A stretch of 64,000 nt of DNA from Bacteroidales bacterium. Its GTDB lineage: Bacteria > Bacteroidota > Bacteroidia > Bacteroidales > WCHB1-69. Under the pieces are notes generated by a model. The model was not told the DNA's origin. It ran no database searches and saw only the letters and a program-made list of their open reading frames with translations. A program made the position numbers and the translations under genes. This document shows, piece by piece, positions 57,928 through 64,000 of the stretch (positions are counted from its first letter, which is position 1; every line of letters starts with the position of its first letter). The stretch is from NCBI GenBank assembly GCA_017454945.1, contig JAFTCA010000080.1:9978-73977 (forward strand), in the 5' to 3' direction.

Positions 57928-58379
57928 TGGTTTATCTTTATTTCCATACGTTTCTCTAAGAACGCCATCTGACGGTCTTGGGCCAATTGTTCATTCTCGG
58001 CCGTAGTTTGAGGATGGATGTCGAAAGCTACGCAGAACTGCTTGCCTTCATCCAAACACTCGACAGTATCCGTCAAACGATCCAAAATCATGGCCTCGTC
58101 ACTTTCAGATTGCAGCACCTCTTTTTCGAATTTCGGCATCGCCAGATTATGCTGCATAGAAACTATCAATCGTTGGCTATCAACTGTAAACACAGCCGAA
58201 AACTGATCCTCTGCACCATGAGTGTATGCGTCTATCAAATCTAATAACTGCTGCATAGCTGTAGAGATGATGCCAAAATCATTTCCCAGACCAAACTCAT
58301 CACAAATATTCTCGATAACTTGCAACACTTCAGTACTAATAGACTGATTGTCAATGTTTTTTAATTCAAAACGATACAT
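57924..58379 (-). CDS. Acidic 151-aa hypothetical protein, co-transcribed with the upstream giant protein
   Basis: The start is 4 nt after the stop of 58384..61749, with no signal peptide. There is a weak, unverified resemblance to the N-terminal half of SpoIIAB/RsbW-type HATPase folds (STAMQQLLDLIDAYTHG) without G-boxes. Confidence 0.5.
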   Translation of the reverse strand: MYRFELKNIDNQSISTEVLQVIENICDEFGLGNDFGIISTAMQQLLDLIDAYTHGAEDQFSAVFTVDSQRLIVSMQHNLAMPKFEKEVLQSESDEAMILDRLTDTVECLDEGKQFCVAFDIHPQTTAENEQLAQDRQMAFLEKRMEIKINH

Positions 58380-58383
58380 AATA

Positions 58384-61300
58384 CTAAGAATCTATGTTAT
58401 AAAAATATTGATTTACTTTTTCTTTATAGTAATAGTTCAAGGCGGCAGGAACCGTCTTCAACATCTCTGTCTGCTTTTCCTTGGTCTTGTCCATATTCCA
58501 CTCTTTCGGCGGATTGGGGTTACGCATATCGCGACCTTGCGTTGACTTGCGTTTTTCATCCTTTTCTTGCTGCATATCAGCACGTTCGCTCTCCAGTAGG
58601 CGGGTTTCAATACTTTTCTGGCGTTGAATCGTGTATTGGGTGATAGTCTTGTTAACCAGTTCTTTCTCGGTTCGTTCCATATCACGAATCATTTGGTCCA
58701 ACTGCTGGTTGGCCATGCCATTCTGTGCCTTCTGCTCTTCCTGGTACTCCTTCATCATCTTGCGAATGGCTTCCTGCTGGGCGGCCATCTTAGCAAACTC
58801 CTCGCTATGCGACGGCTGCTTGCCCGAGGTCTGCTGCGCCTGCTTGGCCTCCTGCTCCATGGTTCTTCTCAGCGCCTCCATCTGGCGATTGAGTTGCTGT
58901 TGCATCTCCTTCGCCGACTGCGGTTTGCCCTTCCCTGTTGAGCCAGGTTTGCTGCACGAGCCACCACCTTTCTTGCAATTCTGGCACTGCGAGCGGGCCT
59001 GATTCTGCTGCTCTTTCATTTTCTGAATTGACTCGGCCAGCATTAAGGCTAAGTTGTTCATGGAGGTCAAGGCGAACTGCTCGTCGGTTTGCGCCCTGCC
59101 CACCTGGCGATCACGCAAATACGACTGTGCCGACTGCAGATGCTCGATAACCTTGTCAACCTCCTTATTGACAAACGGCTGCACTTGCGGCTGGCGACGT
59201 GCCAAGGCGTTCAGCGAATCGGCAATCATTCGCATATTATCCTGCACATTGAGATGCGTGCGCTGCACATCGTTCAGTAGTGGCGACTTCGACGACATCT
59301 TTTGCATTGTCTTCATATTGGCCTCATGGCGGAACGACACCTGCACCAGATTGTCCAACAATTGACGCACCTCATCGATGTCCTCACCCAACTGCTCTTC
59401 CATACTTTCCAACATCGAGATTTCCAATTCGTTGGCCATCTCCTCCATCTGTTGAGCAGCATCTTGCTGACTATCTGACGCTTTGTTGCGATTATTCTTC
59501 TCCAAGGCATCACTACTCTCCTGCATCTTTTGTTGAATGGATTTCTCCTTTTCGGCAGTATTGGCAATTTTGTTCGGTTCCTCCAACTGGCCGTTCATCT
59601 GTTTCAAATCCTGCAAATCCTTCTGAAGCTGATCAAACTTCTTCTTGATCTCCTCCTGCTTCTGTTGAAGGTCTTTCTTGTCGTATGCCTTGCTCTGCGT
59701 TGTCGTTGACAGCTTCTTCTGCTCCTCGGCCAACTGCTTCGTCTTTTCAATCACATCATTATACTTCTTCTCAACTTCCAGTTGCTTAAATAGTTGCAGC
59801 TGCTGCTCCAGCGACTCGTTCATACTCTCGGTACTCATCTTCATCTTCTCCACCGCCTTTTGCAAGTCGTTTTTTTTCGGATTAGACATCATATCCTGCA
59901 ACTTCTTCATCATATCCTTCAACTCATCGGAGAGGGTATTTTGCAATCTTTCCTGCAAATCTTTCTCTTTTTCAGAAAGTTCGGGCGACAGATTCTTAAA
60001 CTGCTCTTCCAGTTGCTGACGTTCGGCTTGCTCTTGCTGCATCTCTGCCAACTTCTTCTCCAACTCGGCAAAACGGTTTTTCAACGCTTCCATCTTCTTC
60101 TGGTCCTGCCAGGTAGTGGTTTCATTCTGCAAGAGTTGACGCTTCAGTTGCTCCAACTCGTTAGCCAATTGCGAAGTCTCCTTTATCAACTCCTTGTAAT
60201 CCGATTGTGCCTCCTTGTTGCCTTGGGCAAGTTCTTTATCAATCTCTTCTAAAGTTTTAATTCTGAAAATATTAGGAGAGCTCTTGGTCATCTTGAAACC
60301 ATTGACGGCATCATTATCATACACCACAAAATAATACTCTACCTGATAGCCAGCCGAAAGCTTGAGCGTGCCGGCATCGAAGTAATGATAGAAATCCTGA
60401 ATGGTGCTGTTGCGATCAATCTTCAACTCAACCGACTTGTTGGCTTCCACTTGCTTGCCATTTTCATCAAATTTTGAATAGACAAACTTAAGGCTGTGGA
60501 AACCATAGTCGTCCTTAATGTTGCCCTTGAAATAGATACGATCGGCATAGAGCGAGTCGCGCTGGCTGATGACCGATATTTCCGGGTACTGGTCGGGAAT
60601 GACGGCGATGGTGTGGTGCAGCGTATCGGTGCTGGTGAAATACTGGTTACTGTTGATGACATCATAATCGAACGAAGCGCCTGCCTTGGCGGAGAACGAA
60701 TAGACATCCTCCTTTACCGACACTTTCTGCGGCTCGCCGCGCAACAGGAAATCCAGCTGTTCGGTATGCTTGGTGTAAAAGCGCCAAGTGATTTTCGTGC
60801 CCGCGGGCACAGTCGCATCACCGTTATTATCAATAGTTTCGCTATTCTTGTTCAGATAGGCCGGATAATCCAGTTGCATCGTAAAGCTGATAGTCACGGG
60901 CTTGGGCAGCACTTTCAGTTCGTACGGTTTGGAGGTCACCTCATCGGTAAACAGTTGGAAAGTGAGCGAGCGTTGGAGGTTGGAGAAAGTATAGACAAAG
61001 TCGGTATTATCCACCTTCTTCAGTTTATAGTTACGCTTGCCCAAGGCGATGAAAAGCTCATCGGGAGTCTCCTCGCCCACCATACGCACATGCAGTTCGA
61101 AAGCGTCGTTCTGGAAGGCCAGCAATCGATTGTTCAGGATTTCAAAAGAGTACGGAGCCGGCTTCTCATAGTAAGTCTGATAATGGACAATGCGGCGCGT
61201 TGACTCTGTAAACACCTCACTCTTAATAGAAAACAGCACACAGAACAACAGCACAGGAATGATAGCCCACTTAAGATAACGCGTGCTCTTTTTGAACGGA

Positions 61301-61749
61301 ATAGCCTTCACAAACGGGAAGGGCTTAATCTTATCTATTTTGGTGTCAATAGCCGCCATCAGCAAGTCGCGACTCTTGTAGTTGCCCTCTTCAATTTGCC
61401 TTTCTAATTGAAAGATATTAAGCAACTTGTCGTCAATTTCCGGAAAATAGCGGCCAATGATATCGGCAATCTGCTCATTGGAAATCTGCTTGCCATAGCC
61501 AGCCAGTTTCACCAGCGGGATGATGACATAAAAGATGAGGGTGGCGGCGAAGAGTGCCAGATAAGAGTAAAAGAGCACCGTACGGACGGGTGTGGTGAAG
61601 TAGGAGAAATACTCCAACAGCGCATAGACAATGAAAGTAACCAAGGTGATGGCCACAAAGAGAATGGCCCCCTTGTAGAGTTTGTTGAGGTAGTACTTCT
61701 GTACAAACTCCTTGATTTTTTGGTGTATCAATGTTTGATTACTTTCCAT
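58384..61749 (-). CDS. Giant membrane protein: 3 TM helices + beta-rich domain + about 580-aa Q/E/K coiled coil (DUF4175-like)
   Basis: TM helices GAILFVAITLVTFIVYALLEYF, VLFYSYLALFAATLIFYVIIPLV and WAIIPVLLFCVLFSI. A beta-rich region covers about aa 200-520, followed by continuous heptad-like E/K/Q sequence with a CQNCKKGGGSC cluster. The tail motif IQRQKSIETRLLESERADMQQEKDEKR is, from memory, DUF4175-like. Start is ATG 61749 (MESNQ), or 61785. Confidence 0.6.
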   Translation of the reverse strand: MESNQTLIHQKIKEFVQKYYLNKLYKGAILFVAITLVTFIVYALLEYFSYFTTPVRTVLFYSYLALFAATLIFYVIIPLVKLAGYGKQISNEQIADIIGRYFPEIDDKLLNIFQLERQIEEGNYKSRDLLMAAIDTKIDKIKPFPFVKAIPFKKSTRYLKWAIIPVLLFCVLFSIKSEVFTESTRRIVHYQTYYEKPAPYSFEILNNRLLAFQNDAFELHVRMVGEETPDELFIALGKRNYKLKKVDNTDFVYTFSNLQRSLTFQLFTDEVTSKPYELKVLPKPVTISFTMQLDYPAYLNKNSETIDNNGDATVPAGTKITWRFYTKHTEQLDFLLRGEPQKVSVKEDVYSFSAKAGASFDYDVINSNQYFTSTDTLHHTIAVIPDQYPEISVISQRDSLYADRIYFKGNIKDDYGFHSLKFVYSKFDENGKQVEANKSVELKIDRNSTIQDFYHYFDAGTLKLSAGYQVEYYFVVYDNDAVNGFKMTKSSPNIFRIKTLEEIDKELAQGNKEAQSDYKELIKETSQLANELEQLKRQLLQNETTTWQDQKKMEALKNRFAELEKKLAEMQQEQAERQQLEEQFKNLSPELSEKEKDLQERLQNTLSDELKDMMKKLQDMMSNPKKNDLQKAVEKMKMSTESMNESLEQQLQLFKQLEVEKKYNDVIEKTKQLAEEQKKLSTTTQSKAYDKKDLQQKQEEIKKKFDQLQKDLQDLKQMNGQLEEPNKIANTAEKEKSIQQKMQESSDALEKNNRNKASDSQQDAAQQMEEMANELEISMLESMEEQLGEDIDEVRQLLDNLVQVSFRHEANMKTMQKMSSKSPLLNDVQRTHLNVQDNMRMIADSLNALARRQPQVQPFVNKEVDKVIEHLQSAQSYLRDRQVGRAQTDEQFALTSMNNLALMLAESIQKMKEQQNQARSQCQNCKKGGGSCSKPGSTGKGKPQSAKEMQQQLNRQMEALRRTMEQEAKQAQQTSGKQPSHSEEFAKMAAQQEAIRKMMKEYQEEQKAQNGMANQQLDQMIRDMERTEKELVNKTITQYTIQRQKSIETRLLESERADMQQEKDEKRKSTQGRDMRNPNPPKEWNMDKTKEKQTEMLKTVPAALNYYYKEKVNQYFYNIDS

Positions 61750-61793
61750 ATCTTCGCTTTGGCAGATGCCGCCAGTATATAACATCTGCGCAG

Positions 61794-61801
61794 CAAATTT
61801 A
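61794..61801 (-). promoter_or_regulatory. -7 box (TAaaTTTG on minus strand) for the giant-protein operon
   Basis: The reverse complement of CAAATTTA lies 45 nt upstream of ATG 61749. Confidence 0.4.
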
Positions 61802-61833
61802 CAGATTTTTTTTCAAAATTGAAAAAAAATTCA

Positions 61834-61881
61834 GAGGGGTATGCGGTAAGGCCGTTATATCGGCTTTACGGCATACCCCTC
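61834..61881 (-). terminator. Strong hairpin terminator of the four-helix-bundle gene
   Basis: About 21-bp stem GAGGGGTATGCGGTAAGGCCG / CGGCTTTACGGCATACCCCTC with 2 mismatches and loop TTATAT. It starts 3 nt after the stop codon, and on the minus strand a T8 run begins 5 nt after the stem. Confidence 0.75.
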
Positions 61882-61883
61882 CA

Positions 61884-62621
61884 TTACAAATTTCTTGTTC
61901 CATTGCATTGAGGATAGGCCGAGCAACTCCAGAATTCTTTTCCCACACGATAACCTTTTTTAGCCACCCTTTTTAGCATTGGCTTTCCACACTTAGGACA
62001 AATAGGAGCATCCTTTTTTATACATTGCTCTGTGCGGAAAGCAAGCCTTTCAGCCGATAACGCCTCTGAAAAACCACCTTCTTCTTTAAAAGTTGAAAGC
62101 TGCTTTGATAATTGTTTCCTCAACATCATTATTAAACGGTTGCACAATATTAATAAGCAATTGGCCTCTATCTCTGAATTGTTCGAGCATAACCATTCAT
62201 CAAATTTGTGCTTTTGCTTTAAAATGTGAACACTACTCAAATATTGAACATCATCCTGATATGTAGGTCTATCAAAGTTTACATTGCTCACGCGTTGATG
62301 ATTATCCGTATTGATTGACCACGGAACTTTTTCTCTAGACAACAGCCAGTTTAAATAGTCATTGGCCAATTCCGCCAGACTGGCACGCGCCACATCTGTA
62401 AGTTTCATTTCTGTCTCTTTAGAAGTGGAATGACGCGAATTCCCTTCTGCAATATTGGCTGGAACCGACCGCGCCGCCTGTGTCATTTGATCATATTGAC
62501 GACCACACGGGTCATTCTTGCGATTAAGATGGCGAAAACAAAAGTCCTGTGTAGCTAATTGTATTACATTGGCTAACACCCAAGTATCCAACCAATAATA
62601 TCCCAATCTGTTTACTTGCAT
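61884..62621 (-). CDS. Four-helix-bundle (23S rRNA IVS protein/Avd-like) protein with suffix domain, fused to a topoisomerase-type C4 zinc finger
   Basis: The N-terminus carries the NIAEGNSRHS motif typical of the four-helix-bundle family, with a middle EEGGFSEALSAERL suffix-like segment. The C-terminus CPKCGKPMLKRVAKKGYRVGKEFWSCSAYPQC matches the CxxC-n-CxxxxxC topoisomerase zinc-ribbon pattern. Start moved to ATG 62621 because the -7 box is at 62646-62653. Confidence 0.65.
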   Translation of the reverse strand: MQVNRLGYYWLDTWVLANVIQLATQDFCFRHLNRKNDPCGRQYDQMTQAARSVPANIAEGNSRHSTSKETEMKLTDVARASLAELANDYLNWLLSREKVPWSINTDNHQRVSNVNFDRPTYQDDVQYLSSVHILKQKHKFDEWLCSNNSEIEANCLLILCNRLIMMLRKQLSKQLSTFKEEGGFSEALSAERLAFRTEQCIKKDAPICPKCGKPMLKRVAKKGYRVGKEFWSCSAYPQCNGTRNL

Positions 62622-62645
62622 TTTTTCAGCGTTTAGTTTCGTCGG

Positions 62646-62653
62646 CAAAAATA
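62646..62653 (-). promoter_or_regulatory. -7 box (TAttTTTG on minus strand) for the four-helix-bundle gene
   Basis: The reverse complement of CAAAAATA lies 25 nt upstream of ATG 62621. Confidence 0.45.
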
Positions 62654-62855
62654 CAAAAAATAATATTTGATTTAATTATTTTTTATTTATTTTAAAAATT
62701 AAATCATTCAGAGTTTCGACATTTATTTTCGTTTAAAACAACGCTGTTCTAGTTAAATATTGTTTTTTGTATTGTTTTTAAATTATAGATATTTTTATTA
62801 AATACAAGCAGCGTTTTTAGTTTTAACCACTTATTTCCACTGTTGATATTTTTGT

Positions 62856-62863
62856 TATTTTTG
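62856..62863 (+). promoter_or_regulatory. -7 box (TAttTTTG) for dsbD
   Basis: TATTTTTG lies 18 nt upstream of ATG 62881. Confidence 0.5.
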
Positions 62864-62880
62864 CAAAAATTTTGTATCAA

Positions 62881-64000
62881 ATGAAAAAGTTTTTTCTCCC
62901 GCTGTTGCTTACAGCACTGACTTTTATCTCCATTTCTCTTCATGCGCAGGAAACGCCTGTCACATGGACTTTTAAAACCGTCTCGCTGAACGATTCCACC
63001 GCCGAGTTGCAGTTCAAGGCCACCATCAAGCCCAACTGGCATCTCTATTCTCAGAAACATAACAACGGCATCGAGAATCCTATCGAGTTCAGCTTTACGC
63101 CTGGCAAGGAATACAAACGCCAAGGCGGTGTGGCCGAACCCAAACCGATAGAACACTTTGACCCCCTGTTTGGCGACACCTCCAAATATTTCGTCAACAG
63201 TGTCACTTTCAAGCAGAAAATCAAGATACTCAGCAATGAAGACTTTGTTGTCAAGGGCAAACTCCGTGGCCAGTCGTGCATTGACGGCCGTTGTGTGGCC
63301 ATTGACCAAAAATTCTCTTTTGACGTGAAGGGCAATCCTAACCTGACCCAACCAGTAGTGGAAGAGACGACAGCTGAAGAGAACCCTGCCGACACCGCTG
63401 CCATCGCACCGGCTGCCGACACCCCGCAGAATGCCGACCAGCCCCAAGAGGAAAAATCACTGCTCAACTTCTTCTTAGTGGCTATCTTAGGTGGCTTGGC
63501 AGGTTTGCTCATGCCCTGCGTGTTCCCCATGATTCCCATGACGGTATCCTTCTTTATGAAGTCGGGCGCCAAGGGCAAATTCAACGCTATCTTCTACGGC
63601 ATTTCCATTGTCATCATCTATGTCGTTATCGGCATTGGCCTGGCCGCCATCTTCGGTGCCGACTTTGCCAATATTATGAGCACGCACTGGATTCCCAACA
63701 TTCTGTTTGCCATCATTTTCATCATCTTCGCCATCTCCATGTTCGGCTATTTCGAAATCGCACTGCCCAGTTCATGGATTAACAAATCGGCCAAGATGGA
63801 GAACTCAAAAGGTCTGCTGGGCATTTTCTTCATGGCCCTAACCTTGGTACTGGTATCATTCTCCTGCACCCTGCCTATCGCCGGTGCCGTGGCGCTCAAC
63901 TCGGCCGACGGCTCCTTCATCAAGCCTATCATCGGCATGCTGGGCTTCTCGCTGGGTATTGCCGTGCCGTTCACCATTTTCGCCTTGTTCCCCAATATGC
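62881..64000 (+). CDS. dsbD: Thiol:disulfide interchange protein DsbD-like (N-terminal part, 3' end outside window)
   Basis: The frame is open from ATG 62881 to the window edge, so it is absent from the ORF track. Signal peptide, a periplasmic N-domain with GQSCIDGRC, and a TM core with LLMPCVFPMIPMT and VSFSCTLPI (the CcdA/DsbD conserved Cys-Pro helices). Confidence 0.8.
   Translation, partial: MKKFFLPLLLTALTFISISLHAQETPVTWTFKTVSLNDSTAELQFKATIKPNWHLYSQKHNNGIENPIEFSFTPGKEYKRQGGVAEPKPIEHFDPLFGDTSKYFVNSVTFKQKIKILSNEDFVVKGKLRGQSCIDGRCVAIDQKFSFDVKGNPNLTQPVVEETTAEENPADTAAIAPAADTPQNADQPQEEKSLLNFFLVAILGGLAGLLMPCVFPMIPMTVSFFMKSGAKGKFNAIFYGISIVIIYVVIGIGLAAIFGADFANIMSTHWIPNILFAIIFIIFAISMFGYFEIALPSSWINKSAKMENSKGLLGIFFMALTLVLVSFSCTLPIAGAVALNSADGSFIKPIIGMLGFSLGIAVPFTIFALFPNM

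Noticed and set aside
62644-62775. 11-bp inverted repeat AATACAAAAAA / TTTTTTGTATT in the spacer upstream of the four-helix-bundle gene
   Set aside because: It consists of very low-complexity A/T sequence that overlaps the promoter consensus. A match of this length is expected by chance in a spacer this AT-rich.

Overview
The window reads as a core chromosomal segment of a Bacteroidota (Bacteroidales-like) genome. Three secreted proteins carry T9SS C-terminal sorting domains. Most genes have a TAnnTTTG -7 promoter box 20-45 nt upstream of the start codon, and start codons lack Shine-Dalgarno sequences. I count about 47 protein-coding genes, mostly housekeeping: topA, glnA, mutS2, hup, rng, recX, prfB, lon, ilvE, galK, eno, kdsC, murA, pfp, ddl, an EF-G paralog and dsbD. 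Interspersed are secreted proteases (M64, C10, S1), outer-membrane proteins and a few proteins of unknown function. Four coding regions are missing from the ORF track: a 5' SpoU/TrmH fragment, a 29-aa bS22-like basic protein, a 59-aa lipoprotein, and the open-ended dsbD at the 3' edge. prfB needs a programmed +1 frameshift. By eye I found no rRNA, tRNA, CRISPR array, transposase, integrase or obvious defence genes. I do not see a clear-cut new multi-gene system. The best candidates for a second look are (1) a six-gene ddl-linked peptidoglycan-hydrolase block containing a degenerate LytM protein, (2) a 1121-aa membrane/coiled-coil protein co-transcribed with a 151-aa acidic protein, (3) a low-GC single-gene islet encoding a four-helix-bundle/topoisomerase-zinc-finger fusion, (4) an intergenic spacer made almost entirely of cascading 7-8 nt tandem repeats, and (5) a 13-bp perfect inverted repeat bracketing a 199-bp divergent promoter region upstream of a C10 protease. 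Family calls are based on motifs I recognise in the translations. No database search was run.
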